Source: Monocercomonoides exilis PA203
Lineage: Eukaryota > Protista > Preaxostyla
Direction of reading: 5' to 3'
DNA: 64,000 nucleotides
Assembly (NCBI GenBank): GCA_001643675.2
Contig: LSRY02000003.1
Location: forward strand, 1,922,001-1,986,000
Under the pieces are notes generated by a model, which saw only the letters and a list, made by a program, of their open reading frames with translations, was not told the DNA's origin and searched no databases. Below, piece by piece: positions 11,201 to 22,419 of this stretch (position 1 is its first letter; each line of letters opens with the position of its first letter). Position numbers and translations under genes: made by a program.

Positions 11201-13620
11201 GCAACACTGCCACTAATGGCAGAGGAAATGATGTATTCTTCAGTGGTAATGCCATCACTCAATCTCCGTTTGAAAATTGTGGTTCAACAACTCCATCAAA
11301 AAGAGTGCATAATAACGGAACTGCTTACAACATTGAGAAAAATGACAGGTTTTGACTTTTCTTTTCATATTCTTCCAATGGAATTCCTTTCTCACTATCT
11401 TCTCTTTTCCATCCATTTTTTGCTTCTTCTATTTTCTTCTCTTTCGTTAATATATTTTTTGATTTCTTTTGTACCTCATCGTCTTCCCTTGTTTCTTGTT
11501 TTGAATCTCGAACGTCTTCCACTGCTCATCCAAATCCATTTCTTCATATTTCTTTCTCTTTCGCCTCGTCTTTCATTCTTCTTTTTCTCATTTTAATTTA
11601 CGAAAATTTCCTTTAGATGAATAATTTCTTCTTTATCTTCATTTCATTCATTATCTCTGACGATGAAACAGATCATGAAGAAATTCGATCAGATGAAGTG
11701 AATGACGATAAAGAAGAAGAAGCGTGTGAAATGTTGTTGATATATTTGAAGAAGAAGAAGAAGGTGATGAATGCGTTGAATGAGATGATTAATTGTTGAA
11801 AATTGAGAAGATGAGTGACAATTTACATCAACGGAGAAATTCAATCGAATTTTCTTCTTCAGGTTTTTGTCTTCTTCTTGCAAACAATAGCCTCTGAACA
11901 TTTTTCACTTTCAGCTCAATCTCTTTCTCTCTTTCCAACAAAAAATATGAAAAATTGAGCGTTCCCTTTTTCATTCCATGCCTTCTTCTTTCACTTCCCT
12001 TATTTCACTCAAATTATCTTTCCTCAAAAATAATTATTTGTCAAAGCCCAATGCCAAGCATCTTCGAAATATCTCGCATTTCATCTGTCCGTCTTTATTT
12101 TTCCTTCCCCACATTTCTCTTTCTTCTTCAAAGCCACCTAATCCTTCTTTCTTTCAGCATTCTTAAAACAAAATAATAATTACTTCAAAAAATAACAATA
12201 TCAAACCTTCAGAACCAATGCTCAAGTCAATAACTCTATTTTATCCAATTGGCAACTGTTTCCCCTCAATAAAAATTCATAATTCCTTCCTTTTTCGAAT
12301 GTTTCATCATCTGATTCGCAAATCGTCCTTTCCATCAGTTGTTTCTCCATCAAGTGCATCGATTTCTGGTCCTTCTGAAAATGTGAAATTTATATATTTG
12401 GCTCAAATTCCACTCTCATCATTGAAAAATGTCCTGTTTTTCGTCTGAAAATATCATCTCCAATTCCCTCCCCAATCCCTTCACCCTGGGCACTTTCCAT
12501 ATGAATTCGCTCTCCCAACTCGATGTTCACCCTGCATAACGAGATATAAACATTTCGTTCATTTTCATTCATTTCCACCTCCCGCCCTGAAAGAAACACA
12601 AAAACATTCAACAGATAAATATTCATATAAATAAAAATAAATAAAGACCAAACTGCTCTTCGACTGTATTTTGCCAAACAGCTTCATTTCCACAGCCATC
12701 ATCATTCAAAAAATCAATCTCTTCATTTCAGTCTCAGAATGGTTGAATACAGCATTGCATCCTTCTCCACAAAATACATTGAATATCTCACTGGAGGGCC
12801 TTTTCAGCCCGTACACATTGTGGTGGATGTGCAGAGGTGTTTTTTTCTGTTTTTGGCATGATCATCTCCTTTAATAATATTCTCAACCACCAAAAGAAAT
12901 ATATCTCGTTTATCTTGTCAATAACATGAACATGAGGGATATGGGGCAGAGAAGAGATGGAAGAGGATTATTTGTGGCAGGGGGTGGGAGTTGAATGTTT
13001 TTTTGGAATGTTAATATTTCGAGAGAGATTTTTGAAAGGAAGAAATTCTGAGACAAAAAGGTGGAGAAGAGCAAGTGGAGATTTGGAGAAGAAAATGTAG
13101 TAAATATATAGAGAAGTGACTGGGGATGATGAAAGAGGACGGATTGTTGATGGGAGAAATGGATTTTGAAAAGAAAGAAAAAAGGGCAAAAGCGAAACAG
13201 AGAAGATGACAATTGTGAAATATTCGATTAGAAGAGGGATATTTTTTGAGAGGAGAAGATTTTATGGAAGAGGATGGGAAAGATGAAGAAAAGGAAGGGA
13301 TTGATATTTTTCAATGATTTTGTGAGCTGAATGGAAGAGGAAAAACGGAAAGGAATGGAAATTGAGAAAAATCAACATTTTCTATTTTTGAGGGGAAAAG
13401 AGGGGAAATCGCAAAAAGAAATTCAACTGATTTTGAAAAAATACAGCAAGATTGATTTCCACAATCTGTTAGTCACGCATTTTGTGATTGAATTTTTCAA
13501 ACCAATCTGAAGTTAATACATCAAATGAGACATTTTGGCCAATCAACAACATCACGCAAATTATTCTCAACTTCATAAATATCGTTCGACTGTTTTCGCA
13601 TTTCTCAACTGCATCTTCTT
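8276..13620 (+). repeat. Left arm of a large inverted duplication (partner ~26000-31529)
   Basis: 8276-~10310 is nearly identical to the reverse complement of ~29490-31529. ~12160-13310 is nearly identical to the reverse complement of ~26310-27470. The variable domain and short tail between these blocks differ. Confidence 0.93.
9478..11355 (+). CDS. Cassette A: secreted/surface beta-helix (GGA-repeat, Pmp/pectin-lyase-like) protein with signal peptide and Ser/Pro/His-rich linker; no TM anchor
   Basis: Signal-like MIRITALAQILAAFLTINLVHG (ATG at 9478 or 9502). GGAL/FxxC/FxxN repeats. KFITFCFF motif shared with the 45133 gene. Stops soon after the domain. Confidence 0.8.
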   Translation: MKLHCSLKMIRITALAQILAAFLTINLVHGEDIANSIIRGAHPDKVEYASGNHICGAQTSLALINTSLCVTHLNLIPLAGCPLLTAQHHSAASISSSTCTIHPPSLTNNHHHHHCPLFLSAHASIALTNFSLITHQPAIFSFPLFSTPNNLLPDPHSPIPASFSISHSSFSSFVSLVQPFLFSPSSLSSPSPSPSPSLSPSPSSFSSSSSSFSSPSPSLSPSISSFSSPSPLHNHHQSHPHLQIHLNLHLSNTLFSNISSPQSPLSLPSLHSHSFNPFISTTSSSSSTSTSTNTNSNSIPSFSLHSSLSIHSTIFKHTHNPIDGVILPNLNSPSTSLSAFNASFLHQTRSSSNAAVVHVGTESQRVKLGRLISFDQNSHRFEWCEWNNSNSGNEYGGALYVNCVDANLTITSCSFNKCSTTKEGSALFCNALLKIDISKSNFTSCSALHGGAVEIWNPQSSSAYSFSENRVESCSITNWCGTGWYFQVYNMTSTCQFQFTKCKCISNSGGNSAGSLTFNDPPTNKPNQFLVNECQFINNKLTSSTSTLGGAGIYLDVTYSWMNSMKFITFCFFDGNTATNGRGNDVFFSGNAITQSPFENCGSTTPSKRVHNNGTAYNIEKNDRF

Positions 13621-14670
13621 TTTCGTCTTCTTCGTCTTCTTCTTTTTCGTCTTCTTCAGATAATCCCCTTTCATTCAATCAACCGTCTTCCTCATTTTTC
13701 AGTTTGCAAACACAAAATTCGCCTTCTCACAATTCACTTGCTTATTCAGCGACAAGCACGCCTGTTATGAACCGCATAGCCAAAAACACACAAAATCTTC
13801 TTCAGTCAAATTTTGCTTCTTCTTCTTTTACTTCAACATCTTCCTCTTCTTCATCTCTTTCGTCTCCTTCTTCAATTTCAACTTCATTCTTCCTCATTCA
13901 TGCACACATTTGTACGGCATCGATCTTCATTTCAACAATTGTGTTCATCCTTTTCTTCTTCAACGCCTTCTTCGATGAACGAAATAAAAATATTCTTATT
14001 TCCATTTCATTCAACTCCCATCGAATTCAGGGCCAAGCCTTGTCTTTCATTCTTTCTCAGAAAGACGAAAGAAATATTTATTTTGACATAGAATTTCAAC
14101 CAACCTAACACAGCAACGGAAATGATTCTAAATCCTATCGAGAAAAGCCGACCACAAAGCGCACAATAAAAAATAGAAATTGAATCTGAATTATTAATTT
14201 GGAAGTTGAAAGAATTCTCAGAAAACAGAAAGAACAGGACAGGATAGGATGTTTGGGGCGAATGATTATGAGGATGACCTTCGACAAATTTCACAACGTC
14301 ATGTGCCTTCGATGGAATGAGAGGATGATTAAACGATGAGAACATAATTTATTAGAAAACAAATAATCGAAGGATAATTCTGTGAAATAAGTGCATCTGC
14401 AGCGGACAAAAAAGGTGAAGTGAAAATAGCAAAAGAAATTGAAAGCTTTGAAGAGCTTGCTGATATTATCGAAAGATATCTTTTTGAAGAAAGAAAAACG
14501 AAAGATTCCATTTAGCGATGTGCTTTATTTTCATACGATGAAGAAGACAAATTAGATGAGGAAATTTCAAAGAAATAAAGAAGAAATAATATAGCCTGTG
14601 CTGATTTTGGGCTCAATGAAAGATATGTGATGATATGTGCTTCAGTTGAAAAAAGAAATTCATTATTCTC
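11640..14670 (-). pseudogene. Degenerate 3' module shared between convergent cassettes (continuation of cassette B)
   Basis: Recurs at ~25000-27980 (inverted) and ~56700-59900. Fragments such as HNVY...IFNVFCG...NDDGC resemble the RRNVVC...WILDLGC C-terminal part of the 45133 protein. Contains GT..AG intron-like segments and many stops. Confidence 0.55.
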
Positions 14671-16056
14671 TTAAAATGGAAAGAATAATAAAGAAATTAT
14701 AAAAAGGTTATTGTTATCAATGATTTTTGCATCAGCTGCGCTGAAGGTGAGTGTTTGAAGAGGAACAAATGTTGAGGAAAGAAGAGTGAGGGAGGCGTCT
14801 TGGGTATCTGTCATGCGAACAAGAGCATGTTCTATTGTTTTGCATGGACCGAGTTGCGTGATTCCGCAGAGATCGGTGTTTGTCCCATTATTTGACACGA
14901 TTTTGAATGTTGTTATGAGAGGAAGCCATCTGTTGAACTCAACATCATCAGCTGTTCCTGCATTCCACACTCTATTTGATTCTGTTGTTGACCCGCACTG
15001 ATTGAATGGGGATTTCGTTATGGCATTGCCATTGAAGAACACGTCATTTCCTCTTCCATTTTTGGCAGAGTTTCCATCGAAAAAACAGAATGTGATGAAT
15101 CTTATTTCATTCATCCAGGAATAAGTTGAATAGAAAAAAATGGCAGCGCCTCCATATGTAGAAGAAGCAGTTAATTTATTGTTTATAAATTGGCAATCAT
15201 CAACCAAAAACTGAGTTGATTTATTGCCTGGGGGATTTGAAAATGTGAGAGAGCCAGCAGAATCGCCACCAGAATTTGAGATGCACTTGCATTTGGAAAA
15301 CAGGAATTGAGCATCTGAGGGCATGTAATAGAGGGAAAAGTACCAACCAGTTCCACACCAATCTGTTATTGAGCAACTTTCCACTCTGTTTTCTGAGAAT
15401 GTCCAAACAGAATTAGGTTGATTGCAATACAAATAAGCAGCTCCTCCATGAGCAGCTGAACAACTCGTGAAATTGGATTTTGTGATATCAATTTTTAACA
15501 AACTATCGCAATATAACGCTCCACCATGATTTGTATTTGAACAATTATCGAATGAGCAAGAAGTGATTGTGAGATTTGCATTAGTGCAGTTAACTTTAAG
15601 TGCACCTCCATGATCACTACCACCAGTTGAATCATTCCATTCACACCACTCAAAGCGATGACTGTTCACATCAAACGAAGTTAATCTTCCAGGTTTCGCT
15701 CTTTGAGATTCAGTTCCAACATGTACAACAGCAGCATTTGATGAAGAACGTGTTTGGTGAAGGAAAGAGGCATTGAAGGCAGAGAGAGAAGTGGATGGGC
15801 TGTTGAGGTTTGGGAGAATGGCTCCATCGATGGGGTTGTGGGTGTGGAGGAAGAGGGATGAGTGGATGGAAAGGGATGAGTGAAGGGAGAATGAGGGAAT
15901 TGAATTGATGTTGGTGTTGGTGGAAGTGGAAGAAGTGGATAAGGTGGTTGAGATAAAAGGATTGAGTGAATGTGAAGAAAGAGATGGAAGTGATAGAGGG
16001 GATTGGGGAGAGGAGCTGTTTGAGAAGAGGGTGTTTGATGAATGAAAAAAGCCATA
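14671..16056 (-). pseudogene. Cassette B: leaderless beta-helix variable domain plus start of stalk
   Basis: Open frame from an upstream in-frame TAA (~16058) with no in-frame ATG or signal peptide before the domain. Same framework as A. Continues WLPLITTFKIVSNNG..CKTIEHAL. Confidence 0.78.
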
Positions 16057-16919
16057 TTAAAAGAGCTTTTGTGCTTGTTTATGTTTGAAGCCAAGTTATT
16101 GTTCATGATATAAAAATCATATTTGAAGCGTATTCATTCAATTTTCATGCAAATCTATTTTGTTTTCTGTGATGAAAGCTCAAAAATTCAATTGAATGAT
16201 TGTTCATTTACCGTTTCAAATTATTTATTTTGCTTCATTTTCATAAATATTTTTTCATTTATGCATTTGAAAAACAAAAAACAATGATTTTTTTTAAAAA
16301 AAATGTGCAAATCAAACGTTTGATTATCAAAACAAAACATTTTCATTATTTTATGGAATTTATTATCATTCATGAGAAGAACATCAAAAAAAGATTTCAT
16401 TGTTTGCTGAATAAACATTTTGCATTTTCTTTGTATTTTCCAATAAAACTTAACAAATCTGATTCACCTTTGATAGAATTGAACATTTGAGTTTTTCAAA
16501 GATGAAATCAATGATTTTTCAAAAAAAAGAATATTCATAATGAATTGGGTTGTTGATTTTCTGAGGTTTTTATTTCATTCAAAATTGTTTCTGAAAAAAC
16601 ACATTTATGAATATTATTTTTGAAGAAGGAAAAAAAAAAAGGAAAATTGATTCTTTGTATAATAACAGTCGAGCAATTTATTCTGTCTTTCCTTTTCATT
16701 TGTTTTGTTCTTCAACTTCAAAATCCATTCAACAACAAAAACATTTCCTCGTCAATTCTTTTATGAAAAAATCACAAATGTTCGTCTCTTTCACTGAACA
16801 TAAACTTATTTTTTTTTTCCTTCAATTTTTTTCATTTTTTCTCATTTTTCATTTTCAACTCCTAACAATTTTGGTTCATCTTTATTTTACCACTTTTTTT
16901 TCATTTTGGTACTTTTATT

Positions 16920-18397
16920 GGCAAATTCGCGTTATATCGGACATTGAGAAATTGATTTTAATGCAAATAGAAATGTTTATTATTCATATGTATTAATGTT
17001 TTGGATATTAAAAAAGCGCGGAAGTTTGTCAAAATCGAGTTTTTAATTTTTCCTTTTTCAAAAAAAAAATGATTGTGGGTCAATGTAAAAAATCGAAAAA
17101 TAGAAAAATTATCAATTGTTATTATTCATCCACCCATTCCGATGCATCAGCACCATCAGATAATCCCAAGCTGTCTGTTGATTCATCTTTTTTCTCATTG
17201 GAAGATTCTGAAGAATCAAAATCATCAATATCTGGAATATTTTCATCTGTTAATTCGTCGTCTTCTTCTTTATCCTGTTCTTCCAAAATTTGTTCTTCGA
17301 TTTCCTCTTCCTTTCTGTAAACGATCATGTGTACAACATCTTGAAAAGCGAGTTGTTTTGTATTTTTCACCATCCAAAATGCTAGATAATCCCACAAAAA
17401 CCGTTCTCTAACACCATGTTTTGGGAAAAACCCCCGCAAATGCGACCACATACCCTCTATCGTGTTTGTACAAGCTCCGCTCAGAGGATCAACAAAATTT
17501 CTCTTATGACAGACTGTTTTATGAATGTATCCGAATGCTTCCAGTGATGAATAGGCTTTCCATTCATCACTCATGATAGTTGTGCCTGGCAAAATGTGCT
17601 GTCTGATTATCGGAAGAAGAGTTTTTGCAGATCTGTCAGGAACTATATTGATGAATTTCTTCTTGATTTCATTTTCATTTTCTGTCCTTTCTATCGCACC
17701 GAAAATCCAAATTTGCTTTTTCTTTCTCCCCCTTTTATATTTTCTTCGTCTCCATACGCACTCATCAATCTCTACAATAACCCCCTCACCTCCCAGTTTG
17801 ATTGGATTGTTGTTGATAAAATCCATGCAAGCACATCTTAACACACAGCTCCAATAGCCAACAACTGAATCATGCAAATCAAGCATTTTTTGGATGTTTG
17901 ATTGCGAAATCCCAAGCCAAAGAAACAAGATGATGAGTAAAAACTTATTAATTCCACACTTTGAATTCTCCAAATTAGTTCCTTTGTACACTGATTTTTT
18001 TGTTGCACATTTTCTACATGTCCAATACCTATAATTTGCTCCTTCTTTCACTAAAACCTTCTTTTTCTTATGAATTCTGCAATCTGGACTTTTATCTTCC
18101 AGAATGTGATGAAAAAACCAATCCCATGCAGTTTCTTCTTTTATAAATGTACAAATTTTACTGAATACAGAATATTTCTTTTCCCTTGGATATGCCATTT
18201 TTGATCATTGTTTGTTTTTCAATAACCCTAAATAGGAACATACCCATAAATTGTGATATTTTCGAAACATTTTTTTATTTTTGACAAAACGTTTTCCGCG
18301 CTTTAAAACTATTTTTAAAATGAATTAGATACATATTTAAGTAAATCAGACACAAAAAAACTGAAATTTTCGTTGTCCGATATAACGCGATTATGCC
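16920..18397 (-). mobile_element. Merlin DNA transposon, copy 2, apparently intact
   Basis: 24-bp TIRs matching 22/24 (GGCAAATTCGCGTTATATCGGACA / GGCATAATCGCGTTATATCGGACA). Perfect TSD CTTTTATT (16912-16919 and 18398-18405). Confidence 0.95.
17122..18198 (-). CDS. Merlin/ISXO2-like (DDE_Tnp_IS1595) transposase, 358 aa
   Basis: Uninterrupted ORF. CRIH..CRKC, VEIDE, RRKYKRGR, WIFGAIER, SDEWKAY, HKTVCHKRNFVDP, TNTIEGMW. Confidence 0.95.
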   Translation of the reverse strand: MAYPREKKYSVFSKICTFIKEETAWDWFFHHILEDKSPDCRIHKKKKVLVKEGANYRYWTCRKCATKKSVYKGTNLENSKCGINKFLLIILFLWLGISQSNIQKMLDLHDSVVGYWSCVLRCACMDFINNNPIKLGGEGVIVEIDECVWRRRKYKRGRKKKQIWIFGAIERTENENEIKKKFINIVPDRSAKTLLPIIRQHILPGTTIMSDEWKAYSSLEAFGYIHKTVCHKRNFVDPLSGACTNTIEGMWSHLRGFFPKHGVRERFLWDYLAFWMVKNTKQLAFQDVVHMIVYRKEEEIEEQILEEQDKEEDDELTDENIPDIDDFDSSESSNEKKDESTDSLGLSDGADASEWVDE

Positions 18398-18504
18398 CTT
18401 TTATTTAAAAATAAAATTCATCTGATCTACAAATGATAATTTTTAAAATATTTATAGCATATGAACAAATGTTAAGTATTCTCATATTTGAATTTTGAAA
18501 GAAA

Positions 18505-18570
18505 TCCAATTTCTCATGGGGGGGTAGTTGGGGTTCAAGTCCTTCCATTGTGCTTTCATGAGAAATTGGA
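18505..18570. repeat. 14-bp perfect inverted repeat enclosing a G-rich spacer
   Basis: TCCAATTTCTCATG (18505-18518) and CATGAGAAATTGGA (18557-18570). Confidence 0.8.
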
Positions 18571-18686
18571 CTGCACAAAGGTTTGTTAATCTTTTTTATT
18601 CATTCAAAAATTAAAAAATAAAAAAAATCTCTAATGAGAATAAATAAAAAAAAATTAATAAATGATCATTTCCATAATATATAAAT

Positions 18687-20230
18687 ATGAAATTTTCAGT
18701 GAAAAAGAAAGCTGAAGCTACGCAGAAGCGGCCGAAGGAAGCAATGTCTTCATTTCATTGCAGAAAATTTAGTTCAAGATTGGAAAGGATTGCACATATT
18801 GTTAATGACAATGTCGTCATGCCTGTCGATGGGGTTTAATACGGTGCAATCAGCAAAAATTCTTTGGAGCACGCTGTCAAAGCAAAAAAAAAAAAAGGCA
18901 GACCTGTTGCAAAAGTTGGTCATCCACCTATTATTAGCCGCGAAAAAGAAAAGTTATTCTTTGAAGAAGTCACAATTGAATCTCGATCTGGGACAAGCCT
19001 CACATTACGAAAAGCTAGCGATCTGGTTTGCAAATAATATTTGATTTGAATACTTATTTGCATATAGATGGAAAATATGTTTGATGATAGTGAAGAAGAA
19101 GGAGAAAAAGAAGAAAAGAAGAAAAAGACAGTCACTTTGAAGGCAGTTCACGCCTTCATAAAGCGCCATCCGGAATTGAAGTCATCGTTTCCAAAGCAAG
19201 TTGATATAAACAGACTTGGAGCATCTTGCTAGAAAGTCCTAAAGCCGTGGTACACCGAATTACAAGCATTACACAATGCAAATAAATATCCCGAGGAATT
19301 AATCTTCAACATCGATAAATCTTCGCTTCACGTTCCAACTTCTACAAGTGGTGTTGTTGTTCATCAAGCAGATGAACAAAGTTGGTTCAAAAAAGAGTAC
19401 CGAATGGATGCTGAATGCCACTCTCGTTGCTAGAAAAGCTGCTGATGGTTTCTCGCTTCCGTCTGTCGTGCTGTGCCCGAGCGCAAATCTTCCGAAAGAA
19501 CAGACAACACTGTTGACGCCGTCGCTTGACATTTGGCCAAACACAAATGGCTAGAGGCTGAAAGCATCATTCAAAAAATATTTTATTACAGTTCTTTCAC
19601 CAGTTATCATTGACAGAAGAAAGCGAATACTGAAAGAATCTCATCGTTGCCTTTTTCTCCTATATTCATACTCATCGCGCGCAGATCCAACTGTATGGAG
19701 ACATTTAAAGGAAATGGAAATTGATATCATCACCTTCGTTCCACACACAACACACATATCGCAACCGCTGGACAGAGGCGTATTTGCAGTGTTGAAGTCG
19801 GAGCTTTCAAACAGTTACAGCTCCCCTTCATCCACCTCCTCATTTTCAAAAAGAACAGCAGTTACAGATGTATTACAACAAGCCCTTCACACCGCATTCT
19901 CCCCTTCAGTCATCAAAAAATCCTTCATCAACAGCGGAGTCCTCAGCAATGGATCTGGATCTGTGCTAATGAAATTTCCTCAGTCTTCTCAATACTCCTT
20001 TCCATCTCATTCACATTGTTTCGACTTTTTTGGAAAAGAAATAAAAAAAGAAAAACCGTTTGATGAACGGGATGAATGAAATGAAAAACACAAGATGATA
20101 ATTTAAGAAATTGAAGAAAAAAAAAGGAAATAGAAAAAGAAGAATTGCATTTGGAGAAAAAAGTGAAAAGGATATTCAGAAAAATTAAGAATGATGACGA
20201 TGAAACAAGTGATGAATTTGACACCTTTGA
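18687..20230 (+). pseudogene. pogo/CENP-B-like (DDE_1) transposase pseudogene 1, with intron 19026-19067
   Basis: AFIKRHPELK (CENP-B-type HTH end), LIFNID, FVPHTTHISQPLDRGVFAVLK. Stops and frameshifts. Confidence 0.85.
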
Positions 20231-20373
20231 ACGTGAAAATGGAAAAAGAAAAGTGAGAAGAGTTATTGATTTGAGTTTTGTTTTTTTTTTTTGATGTGTT
20301 TTTTACTTTTTTTCATTTCAAAAAAATTTTTATTAGCAAATAAAAATAAGATTATAATCAATATTTTATTTGA

Positions 20374-21950
20374 ATGAGCGTAGTGAAACAAAAAAGGGAA
20401 ATTGGATTTACAAAATTGAGAGATTTGATGAAATCTTTCCAGTATCATCAAATCAAAAATCGATTAGTTCGCATTGTTACAATTTTTGCTGATGGAAAAT
20501 GCCATGTTTCCTACGATGTTAATCGAAATGAATTCTCTCGTTCATCGATAAACCGAGCCGTTCCTATTGTTGAAAAGTGCAGAACCGTGGGAAAAGTTGG
20601 TCAACCAGAGCTTTTCACAAAAGAAGAAATAGAAGTGATAACCGGAGTGATCAGAATTGAATGCATGACAGGAGTGAGTTATTCTGTTCATCAAACGAAA
20701 CAACTGGTTTGCATAAATTTTTTTTTATCAAAATATTTTTTTCTAATAGCAATTGAAGATAGAGTCATTTCTATCTGATAGAAAAATTCGAAGTGGAGAG
20801 GAAGAAGATCAAAAAGTTAATATTTCAAAATCAACTCCGTATTCCTTTATCAAACGCAATCCAGATCTCAAAACATCCATTCCTCATAACGTTGACATTC
20901 AACGTTTATCAGTGTCTCACAAACAGTCTCTTCAACCTTTCTTCTCTCAACTTCAATCACTTCATAACCCTCACAAATACTCTCCTTCTCTCATCTTCAA
21001 CACCTACGAATCCTCTTTTCGTCTCTTCGACTCCACAAAACAACTAGCCATTCATCTTTCAAACGTTTGAGTTGGGTTTTCAAAAGCTTTAATCAACATG
21101 CCAAACTTCACTTTTGTGGTTGCAGCTGCTGCAGACAGTTATTCTTTGATAAGTATCGTTTTATAGCCTTCAAAGAAAATTCTAGCCGAAATGCGTATGA
21201 TGCTCAGCTCAACAATAAATATTTTGGTAGATAACGATGGATGAATGACCGAACAATATAAAGAAGATATGCATAAGAAGTTCTCCTTCCGGGAATCGTG
21301 GAAAGACGAACTTTTTTGAACAAAGATGAAGAAAAATGCCTTTTTCTGCTGGACTCTTATTCATCGAGAGCTCAGCCCGACATTTGGTGGAAATTCGCTG
21401 ATGCTTCCACAGACGTGGTAACTTTCATCCCTCACAGCACACGCCTCACTCAGCCTCTCGACAGGGGAGTATTTACCGTCTTCAAAAAATGTTATAACAC
21501 AAAATACGTCGTTACTTCTTCTTTATCTGTCTCTCTTCGAAGAAAAGCAATTGCAGATGCACTTTCTCAGGCTCTACAAACAGCATTATTGCCTGGAGCA
21601 ATTGTTTCATCGTTTATTAAAAGTGGTGTGTTATCAAATCAATAGAATGCTATTCTTTCCACATTGCATGATGAGCCTTCTGTCACACTTAAGAAAAAGA
21701 ACCACAGATTTGATTTTCATGGGAAAATTACAACCGACAAAGATTTTTGGACAAATGGAGAAATCAGAAGAAAATGAAAGAAGAGAAGATAATAAATGAT
21801 GATTATGAAAAAATTGTGGAAAAAAAATAGTTTGAGGATGAAAAACCAATGAAAAGGAAAATTCCACAAAAAATAGTGTTTAATGATGATAATTCTGGAG
21901 ATGAAAGAAAACAAGAAAATTTCAGAAAAATCATCAAGAGAGAGTTGATT
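20374..21950 (+). pseudogene. pogo/CENP-B-like (DDE_1) transposase pseudogene 2, with intron 20707-20749
   Basis: SFIKRNPDLK, LIFNTYES, LFLLDSYSSR, FIPHSTRLTQPLDRGVFTVFK. Stops. Confidence 0.85.
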
Positions 21951-22419
21951 GACAATATTTATTACTAGTGTCCTTTTTCTGAAAAATAGCAAACATGCTT
22001 TCATGAATGAAGAATTTTTTATTTTACCATTCCCATAAAAAAAAATATCGGGATAAAAAAACTACCCTATCATATTGATTTCTGTTTCTAATGATTGATA
22101 TTTCAGTTTCTTTTCATCAAATGATACTAATCATAATAGGTCTGAAGTATCATAACAAAAGAAGCCCATTCTGTAATATTAAAGGAAATTTTCGTTTGAA
22201 CAAATGATTTTTTAGAAGATAAAACTGAAGATTGTTTGACAACAAAATTGGAAAAAATAAATGATTTTCCAATTCTTTGCAGGAATAGAAAGGATGATAA
22301 TTCTAAAAAATTTGAAAAAAAAAGAGAAATAAATATTGATGAATACTTGTGAACAAAGAAATTTCTTTGAAAACTGTTTGGTTTAAATATCTGATAATCT
22401 CAACATAATATTCAAATAA

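Noticed and set aside
11349-11616. AG|GTTTTG splice donor after the domains of A, D and F (alternative-exon model)
   Set aside because: H has a homologous tail without the GT, and no convincing common downstream exon was found. Not supported without RNA-seq.
17122-18198. Domesticated RAG-like recombinase for the cassettes
   Set aside because: It retains TIRs and a perfect TSD like an ordinary recent insertion, and no TIR-like signals were seen flanking the cassettes.
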